From the human T2T-CHM13v2.0 reference genome, Homo sapiens, in NCBI RefSeq assembly GCF_009914755.1, contig NC_060931.1: a DNA stretch of 64,000 bases, one strand, 5' to 3'. The position numbers were made by a program, and so were the translations under genes. The notes under the pieces are model-generated. The model was not told where the DNA came from. It saw nothing but the letters and a program-made list of their open reading frames with translations, and did not search any database. Shown here in pieces: positions 1 through 14,358 of the stretch (position 1 is its first letter; the number at the start of each line of letters is the position of its first letter).

Positions 1-1689
1 TCCTCCTCTACATGCCAACTCCCCAGTCCACAATAGCTTGTATGAGTAAGACAGAAAATTTCCTGTTCTCTAATTAAGAACATGATAGAAACTCCAATGT
101 GTTCTAAAACAAAACAAAGAAAAATTGCAGGTGCACATATCTATTTCACTTCTCAATTCCAGATGTTGTAATAAACGCTTACTTGTTAAGTACTAAACCT
201 TGCCAAATTTTGCTAATTGAGAATTAATAATTTGGACACGGACTATATGCAGTGGCTAAATCACAAGCTGACAAAAATGTTATTCATAAAGAAAAGATGT
301 GGTACATGAAAATAATATTGTCAAGACTTCCAGACGCACAGGTAAGCAAGTAATCAACATTTGGATAAAACTGAAACTAAATTATGTCTTTCTTTTTGTT
401 AAAGTAATTCCCTTATACCAACAAAAATCTCTTATAGAAAACAAAATTGCAATTATAGTAATACTCAGCATGATTCTCAAATTAAGAATTCCAAAATAAT
501 GGCCATTTATCTGGTTTCGAGTACTCTCCCACTCAGCAATTCATCTCCATTAATACCCACTGGTAATGATATCATGCAAAAAAGAACTCACTTCTAATGT
601 GAGTTGCTGATTTAGGGAAATGTCTGCAGCCATTCTGCCACAAAGTAAGACATTTTAGAATAAATGGTGGTGTCTTGTTTTTCCATTAGTCTTTACTAAT
701 GCAGCGAAACATAATTGCTTTTAGATTTAACAAGATTCTGTTTATCTTTTATAGCGATGCTGAGTCCCAGAAGGGCTGGCTGCAGACAGTGGTGTCAAAA
801 TGAACATGAAGGTATAAGGAATATTCTTCATATAGATTTAGAGAAAGAAATGTTGAATGACAATATATATTCTTGTAAAAAATGCACATAAAATATATAA
901 AAGCTTATGGACTGACTTTGTAAAATATATTCAAGTAATTACAGACTTTATATTTCAAATTTTCAGTGGACGAATGGAAGTTTCAGTTTATTTACTTTCA
1001 CTAAAATTCTATTCTATTCCACGTAAAAATGACTCTATTAATTTAAATAAAATATTTTGTTCTCCTAAAGGAGACTCAGTTTGAATACAGGTGGCTGTCA
1101 GTTCTAATACTACAGAAGCTCATTTTCAACCTGATTATCTGGAAAAGATAAATCACAAAGAAAATAAACATAAATTCTGCTAGAGAGGAAATACATGAAA
1201 ACAGGGAGCAAAAGCTGGACAGGGTGTTTTTTTTTTTGGTTTTTGTTTTTTTTTTTTGGAGTGAAAAATGCAGGCAGAGTTCCTAAAGGTAGCCACAAAA
1301 GACAGTGGCTTTACTTCAGATCAAGGTCATCTAGAAAGCCAGCTGAGGCTCAGCTCGCGGGCCCTGCAGGGAGTGCGCTATGTTCACCTAGATGATGGCC
1401 TTATACTATGGTGGGCATTACAGCTGAGGCACAGCCTTCCTCCTCCTGATGGAGGTGGAAGGACTTCTGCATTCTGCTTTATTCAGGAGGATAAAGCATT
1501 CCTAGACATGCTAGAAATAACTCAAGAAAAAAGACAGAGATTCTAGCAGAGTAAGAAAGAGAGGTTCAAAAGGACTATATTCACAGGAAAATTCTATTCA
1601 GCAAGGTCTTCTAGATCCAGAATGAGGATGAGATGAATACGATTCTGTACACGGTCCTCATCCAAAAGGGAGGCTAGAGGCCCCTTGAT

Positions 1690-2426
1690 TAGCTGCCCCA
1701 TGGAAATATAATGTGGGCCAAAACACAAATGACATATGTAATTTAAAATTTCCCAGTAGCCACGTGCTATAGCTTGGATGTGTGGCCCTGCCCAAATCTC
1801 ATGTTGAACTGTAATCCCCAGTGTTGGAGGAGGGGCCTGGTGGGAAATGATTAGATCATGGGAACGGATTTCTCATGAATGGTCATTTCTCATGACTGTT
1901 TTAGCACAATCCTCTTGGTACTGTCCTCACGACAGTGAGTTCTCACAAGATCTGGTGGTTTAGAAGTGTGTGGCATCTACCCCTGCCTCTTGCTCCTGCC
2001 CTGGCCATGTGAGGTGCCTTCTCCCACTTCGTCTTCCACCATGATTTAAGTTTCCTGAGGCCTCCCCAGAAGCCAAGCAGATGCCAGCATCATGCTTACT
2101 GTATAGCCTGCAGGACTGTGAGAATTAAACCTCTTTTCTTTATAAATTATCCAGTCTCAGGAATTTCTTTATAGGAATGCAAGAATGGACTACACCACGA
2201 TAAAGAGTTCAAAAAAAGAGGTGAAATTTTAATAATACATAACATACCTAAAATATTATTTCAACATGTAATAATATAAAAAGTGATTAATGAGATATTT
2301 TACCTTTTATTTCTAGACTGTCTTTGGAATTCTGTATGTAGCACAAATCAATCCACACTAGCCATACCACAAAGACTTAACAGCTACAGTGGCTAATGGT
2401 TATCACATTTGACAGTGCAGGTCTAG
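1690..2426. mobile_element. MER33-like hAT-Charlie fossil split by an MST LTR
   Basis: Typical motifs taatttaaaatttcccagtagccac ... agctacagtggctaatggttatcacatttgacagtgcag on either side of the LTR. Confidence 0.7.
1765..2194 (+). mobile_element. MaLR solo LTR (MSTB-like), 430 bp
   Basis: TG...CA termini, cccaaatctcatgttgaactgtaatcccc, attaaacctcttttctttataaattatccagtctcagg, and a perfect 5-bp TSD CCACG (1760-1764, 2195-2199). Confidence 0.92.
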
Positions 2427-2429
2427 ATG

Positions 2430-3640
2430 CCCAAGTTTTTCGCTTTAAAGTCCAATAATTTCATTAGAACATATCTTGGTGTTGCTCATTATGGGTCACT
2501 ATTTTCGGATACACAGTGTGCTATTTTAATTTATAATTTCAACTTCTGTTTCTCTGCATTTTCATGAAATTTTTCTTGACATTGTCTATAGTATTTGTCC
2601 CATTCTCTAGTTTTATTTTTTCCTCAGGGACTCTTTATTGGTAGACTGAATTATCTTTGCCTGTCTTCAGTATTTATCACTTAACCTTAATCTTTTTGTT
2701 CTTATTGCTTTGTGATTTTTACAATTTTCCTCCTGCTCCCCTTCTATTCCTCTTACCAACATTATCTTTGCATCTATTTGTTCTTGTCTTCCTTCAGGTT
2801 CAGTCTTCAATTCTGAAATGAGCTTTTATTTATTAATTCTTCCTGAAGCCTGTCACCTAATTTGAGATTTTCAAATTCTGATTTCTTACATCACTTTTTA
2901 AAGATGTCTTATAGCTCCTCTGAAACTGGAAATTACAGTTGTAATCTATTGCGTAGGTGTGTCTTTCTGGTATGTCTGCTTCTTACTCACTTTTTCTTAA
3001 AACTTATTATGGATTTAACGTTGCTTGCTTTTTAGGTGAAATGACCATTATTGAACTCTTAGAGCTCCCTCTTCTGCTGTTTCCATTTGATATGAAAAAT
3101 ATGGCAGCTTGCTTTCTGAGATTTCCTGGCTCAGCTCCTCCCTGGTGTTATCTGGACCTGTTTCTTTTGTTTCTATTGTCCCTGTCTCATTCAGGCTTTA
3201 TTCTGCTCCCAGCAGTGTCTCCTCAGTGGAGAGAGGAGGCCTGGCTGCTCCACAGTGTGAGTTGCCAGGGGTAGCTGGGCTGCCCAGCCTCTCACACCTA
3301 ACTGCAGGTCCTGGGCCCAGTTCTCAGAGCAGCCTCTTGGCCTTTCCAGTGAATGCCAACTGGCTATCTTGGAGTTCCCCTGGCCTCAAGTCTGCTAGAT
3401 GACCACTTGCTCCCCTCTGCTTTCTCTCACACAGATGCTGATATCACCCTGCAGCGATCAGTGTTTTATTTTCCCATTAATTTGTGTCTTGGGGCTCTCA
3501 GGACTACCTTTGTCACTAAGTTTTGTTGTAAATGTTGTCTGTGGGTTTTTGGTTTTGTGACCTAGTTGTTCTGCTTTTATGGGAGGACTAGGTAGTTTGA
3601 AAAATTATGCTGCCACTGCCACTACATTCCCAGAATCTTC
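2430..3640 (-). mobile_element. Highly diverged L1/HAL1-like fragment
   Basis: T-rich stretch resembling antisense old L1 5'/ORF1 sequence; recognition is weak. Confidence 0.4.
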
Positions 3641-3890
3641 TAACCACAAAATTTTCACATATTGCTGTTATACATGTTTTAATACATCAACCTTACATTG
3701 CCCAGGGCAATGGGGTCAGGGTTAGAGTCACAAATAGATCAACAGTGTCTGGCCCTCGATAGCATACACACCATCAGTTGCATAATGAATGCCATATGAT
3801 TGGTATAAAAATTAACAAGAAAGAACTTTCTCATTCCTTGGGTCTCATAATCTCTGAGGGTTACAACTTAATTCAATGAAGAGTGACTGA

Positions 3891-4199
3891 GGCTGGGTGC
3901 GGTGGCTCACGCCTTTAATCACAGCAATTTGGGAGGCCGAGGTGGACGGATCACTTGAGGTCAGGAGTTCGAGACCAGCCTGGCCACCATGGTAAAACCC
4001 CGCCTCTATTAAACATATAAAAATTAGCTGGCAGTGGTGACAACGTGCCTGTAGCCCCAGCTACTTGGGAGGCTGAGGCAGGAGAATCGCTTGAACCCGC
4101 GAGCACCCAGGAGGCAGAGGCTGTAGTAAGCTGAGATCCTGCCACTGCACACCAGCCTGGGTGATAGAGCGAGACTCTGCCTCAAAAAAAAAGAAAAAA
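3891..4199 (+). mobile_element. AluS, full length
   Basis: Dimeric Alu with A tail; TSD aagagtgactga / aagagtaactga. Confidence 0.95.
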
Positions 4200-4310
4200 G
4201 AGTAACTGAGTATCAATTACACGAGACAGTCTTCTAGATGCATCAAGATGACTAAGACCTGACCCTAACTTAAAGGAGATTGTGAGTCTGAATATTTAAA
4301 GAAATAATTA

Positions 4311-4600
4311 GGCCAGGTGTGGTGGCTCACGCTTGTAATCCCAGCACTTTGGGAGGCCAAGGCAGGTGGATCACAAGGTCAGGAGCTCAAGACCAGCCTG
4401 GCCAAGAAGGTGAAACCCCATCTCTACTAAAAATACAAAAATTAGCCAAGCGTGGTGGCAGGCGCCTGTAATCCCAGCTACTTGGGAGGCTGAGGCAGAG
4501 AATTGCTTGAACCTGGGAGGCAGCGATTACAGTGAGCCGAGATTGTGCCACTGTACTCCAGCCTAGGCAACAGAGCGAAACTCTGTCTCAAAAAAAAAAA
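4311..4600 (+). mobile_element. AluS (Sg-like), full length
   Basis: ggatcacaaggtcaggag; TSD aaagaaataatta / aaagagataatta. Confidence 0.95.
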
Positions 4601-5184
4601 GAGATAATTAAAATACCACATGCTATGTGCAAAAACAGGAACAGGTGTAAAACAAAAAATAGCACAGCGCAAGAAAATTTAGCTTCTGAGGAGGTACAGA
4701 TGAGGGTGGAAACAGCAGCAATAATCATGACCATAAGCCCCTTAAGCCAGAAATGGTGTGGATAACATGAGAGAAAACAACCTCTTCGTTTCATTTAAAA
4801 AAAAAACTGTTTAAAACCCTAATGGATATTAGATTACAAAGGATAAAAATCAAAATTTGTTTAAAGTAAAAAACCATCCTCCAATAATTCCCAACTAGGT
4901 TATCTCACTTCTTATCTGTGTATTCAAACCTATGAGACAACATTAAATCAATATTTTTATTACTTGTACCTCTGTCATATATGTTTATAGATACATTTTA
5001 TTGAGAAATGCAATTATAAAACATTATCAATCTCCTCGGAATCATTCAGTAAACCCTTATTTACATCTTCCCCAAATTGTCTTTAAATTACAAATTTTAT
5101 AAAACACAATTTTCAGATCTTCTGATTTTAAAAGAAACCACTATTTTTCTCTCTCACTGTAACTAAATATAATACTAATATTAA

Positions 5185-5380
5185 TAATAGCTCCCATTTA
5201 ATGAACATTACTATGCTGTGAGGCAGTATGCTAAATATTTACATACAATATTGCTTTTCACCACAACCACCCTATGGTTATTTTAGAGAGGGAAGGAGTC
5301 TCAGAGGGGTTAAGTAACTTGACTAAAGTCACTTAAGTGGAAGATAAGAGAAGTAGGAATCTGAAGTCCTATTTTTCCCA
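5185..5380 (-). mobile_element. MIR
   Basis: Reverse MIR core ctcagaggggttaagtaacttgactaaagtcac. Confidence 0.75.
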
Positions 5381-5396
5381 ACCATAAGTCACTCTA

Positions 5397-5735
<339 letters not shown>

Positions 5736-7279
5736 AGAATATAAGAATACAGAGATGCTTAGATTCAAAGCACACTGCAGTTGGCAAGAACAGAAGTGAG
5801 GGCTCTCTGGTGATTCTGCTGCATGCAGTCAGGGTGCCCCAGCCCCTCTCTTGAATTTGCAGTGCTGCTGCAAGGGCTAAAGCGCTGCAGTACACAGAAC
5901 TTGCACTGCCTCTTTTCCCCCATTTCTTATTCCCTTATTGGTCCCCAAATGTCCATTAGCTAAATGCTACCCAGATTTCTTTATTGAAGTTAAATAAGGT
6001 GACATCCCATAGATCTTAGCTTCTATGATTCTTAAAGAAACAAACAAAAATGTGTGTCAAGCAATTTACAAATAAGAACAATTACCCTTCATTGTCTTAT
6101 ATTCATTTATGAAAATGCATTGAGGGCCCTTTATGATAGATAGTGTCTTATTCCCAAGAGATTCTGGCCCCTTAGTCACCAGATATTAGTATTTTATAAT
6201 CAACTGGATGTAATACCCACAGACTTTTCAATAAGTTTAGACATTCTGTCAGCATGACCACTTATCACTGAAAATACATTTGGAAATAACGGCACTTCAA
6301 CAGCTTCAGGCTGTGCTAAGAAGCAGACACATTAAAGTAAAACTGACTTCACAATGCTTTACATCAGCAAATTATGGAGAAGATCTGATACATGAAGTGA
6401 AATTGAAAAGAATGGCTAATGGACAAAATAACAAAAACATTCAAATCAGACAGGAGCCGAACAGTACACACAGATAAAAAACTGCTGAAAACAAATTTAG
6501 TTTGCAATTTAATTCCGTATTTTATAATCAATATTCAGCAAACTATTGTCAATTAAATGACAACACTAAGCTGATAGGATTATCTCATCTACCAAATTTT
6601 AGTCTCCTGAAACAGCACTGATGAGGAATATTTAGTGAGTATATTACAGCACATTGCTTAGACAAAAGAAAAGGAAAGGCATTGCCAATGACCTGCTAAT
6701 CACAAGGTTCAAACCAAATGTTACACTTTATTTTATAAATATAAAACTACCTTGTTGCATCAACTAAACTTAAGCTAAACACTAAAAAATAGCAAACAAG
6801 GGCTTTTCTTCTTTTTAAAAGGGCTGAAAGAAGCATAATCTAAGTTTGGTTCCCTTTCCTTAGAAACAATTCCAAAGGTCACCCAAGGCAATCAGGTTCT
6901 ATAAATTATCTAAAAATGTGGAGGAGAAGCAATGAAGAAAAGCTCTCAATCTCAGGATAAAGCAAGTGAAAATATAATTTCTAAGTCTCCAAATGAGATA
7001 TTTCTCTGAACCAAAATAAAAAAACAAATCTACTGCATTTCCATTTCATCTGGCAGTTCCTAGAAAAGGTGAGCAGCTATCATCACTGATATAGAAAAAG
7101 GGTCTTCAGATTCTAGAGCATTTCTGCAGTGGTCTGTATCTGAATGTCTGGAACAAGACTCTGTAAACAAAGGCCAGGGGCTGGGTAGAGGAAACATGGG
7201 AAGCACTGTGTGACACCATGATTACAAGCAACAACTTTACGGCTAGGCACACCTAAGTGCAAAAACTGCCTTGTTTATG

Positions 7280-7420
7280 AATAATCTTGAGCAGGTTACC
7301 TAACCCTTCTGAACATCAGCTTCTTCACTTACACCATGGGGATAGTAGCCGCTACCCACTCGCATACTGGGAAGATTAGATGACCTTCTGTTTGCAATGT
7401 ATTCAGCACTGTGCTTGGTG
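7280..7420 (+). mobile_element. MIR
   Basis: cttgagcaggttacctaacccttctgaacatcagcttcttcac...atggggatagtag. Confidence 0.65.
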
Positions 7421-9134
7421 GTGGTTGTTATATAAGGAACAATATATATTTGTTACTTCAGGTGCTTCAGATTTCTTACCATTACTTATTATGGAGAAAC
7501 TTCATTAATTCCACTCCTAACAACAAAAACCTGAGTCTACAGTACTGAGCGGGGAAAGAGTTGTTACATCCCTCCCAAAAGGAGGAATGAATAGATGAAC
7601 AGATACGTAATAAAGCAAATATAGTAAAATCTTAACTGCAGAATCCTGGAGGTTCTATTCACTACAAAGTTCTTTTCTTTAATGAAAATTTCATAACAAA
7701 ATGTTAGAAAAAAAATTCAATGCAGAACAGATTATTACAGAAATTTATACTGAACTATCTATAACAGAACAGAAAACCATACATACCTAGGTCCTCAAGT
7801 AAAAACACCTTGAAGAATGCCAGCTGTCATCATTTCTATTGAGACTCAGACTAAGAGATGAAACCACATCACTCCTGGGCACACACACACAAAGATCCCA
7901 CTACTGTAACCCATATAGCTGAATCAAAATGGTAACAGGTGGATAAAGAGAGATACTTAGATCTAGGAAAGAATTATCTCACAACTCTCCTCCACTATGA
8001 AAACAGATCACCAATTTTCAGGTCACTGTTTTTTCAGTCAATTAAAAGACTGAAAAAAGAATGATGTGCTAAATTCTAAGACCACAGTATATGATCAATG
8101 AAGATACAGACAATACTGAAAGTAAAAAAGATTTCCCTTCTTTTCTCTTCCCTTTCTTCCTGACTTGTCATTCTATATAGATTCTCATATAGTTGTTTAA
8201 TCTCAATTAAACAAAATTCCACATGAAATTAAGACCAAGAAGTCAATCATTAATTCCTTGCATGTAAGTCAACTACCCCTGGCAGAAAACTCCCAGAAAA
8301 TGACACACAAACATTGGTTTCATTTCCCAACATCATGATGTCAGCTCTCCAACTACCATACCACAGAGATCATGGAAGACTTTGGTGAAAAGTACCAGAG
8401 GCTCAGGGAGTCCTGTGAGAATACAAGAGATGCAAGTGAAGTTAAAACATGGATGCTAGGCACAAACCATAATCTATTTTTAACAATGCAATTTGAAAGA
8501 AAATATGATGTCCCAAAAGCCCTATGTATAGAGAATCTCTTCATGTGTTGGTGATTGGCCAAGAAGCTTAATCTTCATTATATTATTATTATTTTTCATT
8601 TAACAGAATAAATCAACAGCCTATGTGATAGGAATAACTTTCGTGCTATTTTTGAGAGTCTGAGTTGTAACAGAAAGAGTTATAAACAATTGGCTTCTAA
8701 GAAATGTACAGCCATACGTATTTCTTTAATCTTAATGCCATTTTCACCTCATTTACCAAAGAACAGTGGCTCACACTATTCAGGGCTAAAGGAAATTGTA
8801 ATCCAGACCTCCTAATATTTCCCTTTCTGTTATCCTACTTAAGGACTCTTATCCAAACTATTTTGCCTCCTGCTGTGGAAATGGCTTATATTCTTAAAGG
8901 TTTACTCTTAAGAGGGGAAAAAATGGTACTTAACCATTAACCATAGTAGTAAAATGTCAGTAATGTGATACTGTTAGTATCCACATATGGTCTATTTCAC
9001 GTAAATTACAGTACAGATGAACCACACTGCAATAATGTGATCCCAGGGTTCTAGGCTAATAGGGCCACCACTGAGCCAGCTATCAGCAGTCACAGAGTTG
9101 GGATGAAAGTCTGCATAGTGATAATAACCATCAT

Positions 9135-9295
9135 GGTTTAGTGAGCATCTACTGTGTGCCAAGTACCATGTTAGGCACATTTCTTATGCCATGTCTAATT
9201 CCCACACCCATCCTAAAAGATAGATATTATCACCTCCATTTAACAGGTGAGAAAAGGATGGTCAAGAAGGTTAAGTAACCTCATCAAGATCACAC
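9135..9295 (-). mobile_element. MIR
   Basis: tgagcatctactgtgtgccaag...ggttaagtaacctcatcaagatcacaca. Confidence 0.8.
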
Positions 9296-9384
9296 ACTTC
9301 AGCAAACTTCCTTGCCTCCCTGGAAGCTTTCTGGTGGTTCTGTAGAGTTAGATTCTATCCATTTTTAACGCTATAGTAGTAAGA

Positions 9385-9550
9385 TCCTGGACAAGTCATT
9401 TACCTCCTAAGCCTCAATTTCTTCATCTATAGAATAAAAAGCAAACTACCTGCACTTAAAGAGTTCCTGTGAGGATAAAGTGAGTTACTGCAGTTTATGT
9501 AAGCAGCACAATGCCCTCCACCTAGTACATGATCAATAAGTATCAGCTAA
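9385..9550 (+). mobile_element. MIR
   Basis: ggacaagtcatttacctcctaagcctcaatttcttcatctatagaat. Confidence 0.8.
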
Positions 9551-10177
9551 GGAAAGAAGATGACAATTGCTACATTTTTATACCTCTCTGGCAATTAAAA
9601 ATATCCAAATACTAATCTCTCAGGACATTGCATTGAGATGTTGAGAGGCTTTTGTTTTTCTTTTTATTTTCTAGTAGGCAAGGAAAGAAGAAAAAGATAT
9701 TGAAACAATTATCTATATAGTCTAGTCATAAATCTTGTCTCTTATCTTGGTCCTCAGTTTTTCTCAGCACTGCTACATTCTTCATATACCTACTGTCCAT
9801 ACACTAAGCAATCTGAACTATGTAGTTATACTCCTAAAGTTAAAAAAAAAGATTAAAACTCTACCACCAACTTCTGACTTCAAGTACAAAATAGCCCAGA
9901 TTTAAATGTTATAACCACATTAGCCATGTGGGTAATGTATGTCTTTCTATTTACAGAAATACAATCATGTGCAAATAATTTATTTCAACTTCACCTTGGC
10001 AGAATAACCCATCAAATTGATATTACCCATCCACCAAGCAAATGGGCAAATGAACTTTTCAGCTGACTCATAATATGGCAATTTTTTTTCTCAGAATAAT
10101 TTTTTCAAACTAAATTATAAAAGTCATGGTACATCATCCAGGGCATACTTCTCCTGAACAGCTGTTTCCCAGAGTCA

Positions 10178-10800
10178 CTGATTCATTCAACTCAATATTA
10201 AGCACCTTCTATGTGCAAGTATTGTGCCAGGTCCTCAAGATACAAATGGTGAGCAAAAACAGACCCTGTGTGTGCTCAAAAGGAGGTGACAGTCAGGTAG
10301 AAAAGACAGAAATGTATCAAATAATCACAGGATCACTGGAACCCGTGACAAGTGCTAGAAAGGGGAGGAGGCCTGCAGTGCTGTAGTGCCTAAAATGGGA
10401 AGACCTGACTCAGTCAGGGAGGTCCAGTGGCTTTCCCAGTGCTTTCCCTGGAAAGCAACACTCTAGCCAAATACTGTGCTAGACAAGGGGAAAGAGAGGC
10501 ATGGACAGGTAAAAGGTCAGTGTGGCTGCAGCACAGAGACCAAGGAGAAGCTTGGCATAAGCTACAGCTGGAGAGGTGGGTAGGGGCCAACACAGATCCC
10601 CGTGATCCACTGAGGAGTTCCATCTGCACTCTGAGAACGATGTGGAGGAACTGAAGGATGATGACAAGATCTGATCTGTATTTTGACAGCAGTGGGGACA
10701 GCAGATGACAGTAATTCACAGTGGAAGAAGATAAACCAGTTAGGAGGCTGCTGCAGGGATCCAGGCAAAAGACTATGGCAGTCTGGGTGAGATTAATGAA
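10178..10800 (-). mobile_element. L2 3' fragment
   Basis: Reverse L2 tail attcattcaac...taagcaccttctatgtgc, and aaaccagttaggaggctgctgcag. Confidence 0.75.
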
Positions 10801-10856
10801 GACGAAAATTTTGAATGAAGTTTTACATCCACAGAAGGCAAGTGTTGGAGCCATAC

Positions 10857-10923
10857 CTATTTCAACATATCGACTTGGCAAATCCCTCATTTCACTGGCA
10901 TGCCGTTCCTTCACTGAGCACAC
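10857..10923 (-). CDS. VPS41: VPS41 coding exon (probably exon 10), 67 nt, VCSVKERHASEMRDLPSRYVEI plus 1 nt
   Basis: Lies within track ORF 10414..10956(-). Acceptor cttattttccag, donor TAG|gtatgg, ends in phase 1. The next exon was not found in the window. Confidence 0.96.
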
Positions 10924-11473
10924 CTGGAAAATAAGTTCGCAGGTTATTTTATTCATTTGATGGAAAATTCTTCATAACATTTTATTCAGTATATGGTATC
11001 TTTGTTAAATTAACCTTGTAGCACTGCAGATGGAGTACAATCTACCCTATGACTTAAATGACAGAAATTAATGTAAATGACATATAGCAATCACTATTTA
11101 TATTCACCAACTTTATTCCTCAATAAAGCCTGATTCACATAAGTTCAGCTTTCCTGGTGAGACTGAACCTGAAGTCAAGTACTAATCCAAGTACAACTTC
11201 TGTCAGTGATCAGGGATTTTTCCTTTTTCTTTTACATAGTGTTCTTTTATAGCTGCTACCATTAACTGTAACTATGGTATGGAAAATTCTAAAATATAGA
11301 AAAACTCAAAGGGGAAAACAAGCATTAGTCATTGTTCCAGCACAAAGAGAACACCATTAATAATCTTCTTTTTTATGAAAGCTACTTTTATTAACCTAAC
11401 AATTTAATACAAGTAATTCAATATGTTATTTAAAGATTCTTCTACAACATAATTCTGTAAAGTTGTTATAATA

Positions 11474-11841
11474 CAGTGAGCCCTCCATATCCATGGGTTT
11501 TGCATCCATGAATTCTACATTCATGGATTTAACCAAACAAGGATCAGAAATATTCAGGAAAAAAAAAAATTCTACAAAATTCCAAAAAGCAAAACTTGAC
11601 CTTGCTGTACACCAACTACTTCATTAAGTCTATGCAAATGCAGTGATGTGTAGGCATTGTATCAGGTGTTATAAGTAATCTACAGATGATTTAAAGTATA
11701 CAGGAGGATGTGCATAGGTTATATGCAAATACCGCATCATTTTATATATGCAAATGTTACATCATTTATATAAGCATCAGAGGAGCCCAGGATCCACAGG
11801 GGTCCTGGAACCAATTCCCCACAGGCACTGAGGGATGATTG
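11474..11841 (-). mobile_element. TcMar-Tigger fossil (Tigger3/MER2 group), inserted in an old L1 fragment
   Basis: Degenerate TIRs cagtgagccctccatatcc / ggcactgagggatgattg, 5' TA, internal taagtaatctacagatgatttaaagtatacaggaggatgtgcatagg. Confidence 0.8.
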
Positions 11842-12539
11842 CCTTTTATTACATGAATGTACTATACTTAATCAACCCCCTTTGGGGGCATATTTTTTTG
11901 TTTTTATATCTATTGTAAGCAATAGTGCAATCAACATACTTATATATAAAACTTTAGGACTTTTGTTTACTTAGGATAAATTCCTAGAAGTAGAATTGAT
12001 ACCAATGGGTACATAAACTTTTGTAAGGTTTTGTTTTTTAATATACGTAGTATACTGAGTTGCTGCCCAGCAACACTGCAGCGACTCAGTGAATGCAGAG
12101 TGCCCACTTTCCCTCAGGCGGGGCTTGAACCCATGGCTGCAGAGGTAGAAGCCTCCACATAGAAGTGACCGGCTGTCTTCTTCCTTGATTGCTTTTTGCC
12201 ATTTGTCTCTTGTCCGTTTCATATAACTGCCTGTCCACTTCTCCAATTTTCTTCCCTTCTGGTAGACTTTTGAGCTTATAAGTTATCCACTCTTCTTCCC
12301 ACACTTACTAGGGAAACTACTAAATCATCTAATGGCACATTCCACAATGCCAAATGGACAACTGTTTTAATGTGCTGATATAAGTACATGAGGAACAGTC
12401 TTTCAAATGGCTTGAAGTATAATAAAAAAGCAAATGTATCGGCAATATTAGTGAACACTTTTTTGGGCAGTTACTGGCAGTGCTCCTGAGTTAAGGCCTT
12501 TGTGAAATAGATATCATTATTTTCTTAAGATTATGGTGC

Positions 12540-12980
12540 AGTGGGGGAGACACAAAAATAAGGCACTTTACTGAAGTGTGACAGGGAAGTACAGAGCAGG
12601 GGCATCTCCTGCTAGGGCAGGAAGACTTAATGGAAGAAGTGACATGTAAGTTGAAGCAGGAGAGACAACACAGGAGAACACGGTGATATGACAGCATAGG
12701 GCCTTCAACTGGAAGCTCAATCGGACAGAAATGAAGGGCATGGGGGAAGAAGGGGACAGAGTTGAGGCTGGAGAGTAACGGAGAGGCAGATCACAAAGAA
12801 CCTTGGAAGTCATGTTTATGATCAGTTATCCTATGGGCAAGGAGGGGACTGACCTCATCTGACCTGCACTTAGATTATTCTAGCTATACTGTTTAGGATA
12901 GGTTTAGGGGGGGTAAAACCAGCACCAAAAAGACTTGACAGGAAGATGAAGTGCAGAGATTTGAGAGACATTGACAGAAC
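12540..12980 (-). mobile_element. L2 fragment
   Basis: gaggctggagagtaacggagaggcagatcacaaagaaccttg is typical of reverse L2. Confidence 0.55.
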
Positions 12981-13339
12981 TTGAGGGCTGACAGTCTTCC
13001 AACACTCAGACACCCCTGAAAGACAATGATATTATGTTTAATCCAGAGATGAGGACACTGAGGCTCTGTGAGTGATGCCAGACTGCCTGGCCAGAGCTGG
13101 AATTCACACCAAGGCCTGACTGGTATCTCGCTGGTCATGCCACAGCTTGAGAACAAGGATGCATTGCACTACTGGTAGCTGGGCATGGCTCTACTGCACT
13201 CCTCAGCTCTGTGGTCTGGGCTCACCCAGCACCTGTCTCATAGGTAGGAAGTGGCAGGTAAAGGTGGGTGAATAGGTAAGTGCTACCTTAAGCTCATGTC
13301 TTGCATAAGCACAAATCAATGACTGTAAGAGCCCTTTAC

Positions 13340-14358
13340 CACTGATAGGTGGGTTCTTGCCCATGAACTCTAATCTGCTTCCTCCACTTCTCCACATGGG
13401 TGGATAACAGGCATCTCTCAAGTAGACACACCTAAAACCAACTCTTGCCTTTTTCACTCTAAACATGCTTTATCAACAGTCTTTCCCATTTCAGCAAAAG
13501 GTAGTTTCACCTTCCAGTATGTTAGGTGACTGTGATCTTACACCCCACATCCAACTGTCAACAAATACTGCAGAGTCTACCATCAAAATATATCCAGGAT
13601 CTGGTCATTTCTCACCAGCTGCATTACACTGACCTGAGACAACATTATTTTTTATGGAGATGACTGCGGTAGCCTAATTGGTCTCCCCTCTTGACTGCCC
13701 CTTTGCCGTTTAGCTCCACACAGCAACCAGAGATCCTTCCAAAATACAAGTTAGATCACTTAACTGACTCCACAACAGCTCAAAGCCCTGTGCTGGCTTC
13801 CTACCTCACTCAAATTAAAAGCCAAAGACTTCTCAAGGGCCCCTGGGCTCCAACATCACCTGCTCCTCCACCACACCCTCCCCGACCCCCACTTACATCC
13901 CTCTCCTCCACATCTGCTCCACTCACTCTGACACAAACAGCTTCCTTGCTGTTCCTCAAAAGCACACCAATCACACTCCTGCTTCAAGAATTTTTGCACT
14001 CCTGCTCCTTCTGCTAACACCTCCTACCCCAGGCCCCCATAGAGCTGTATAACTTTTCTCTCCAGATCTCTGACCAAACAACATATTAGTTATTGGACAG
14101 GCCATCCCTGGACCACCCTATATTAAATGGTACCTACCCCAATCCCTTTTCCTATTATCCTGTTAAAATGTTCTCCTTTTTATTTGCCACCTTCAACATG
14201 CTATACTTACTTGTTTTTGTCCACCTTCCTCACTAGAACATAAATTTCCCAAGGGAAGGAACTCATTCATTTGTATATTTGTGTTCTGCAACACTAGAAC
14301 ACTGCCTGGCACACTGCAGGCACCTGGTAAACGTTTGTTGGGCAAATGAATGAATGAA
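13340..14358 (+). mobile_element. L2 (L2a-like) 3' portion
   Basis: Ends ctagaacactgcctggcacactgcaggcacc...aatgaatgaatgaa. Confidence 0.85.

Noticed and set aside
10414-10956. Longest ORF (180 aa, minus strand)
   Set aside because: Only 67 nt is the VPS41 exon. The rest is read-through into an L2 fossil beyond a good gtatgg donor.
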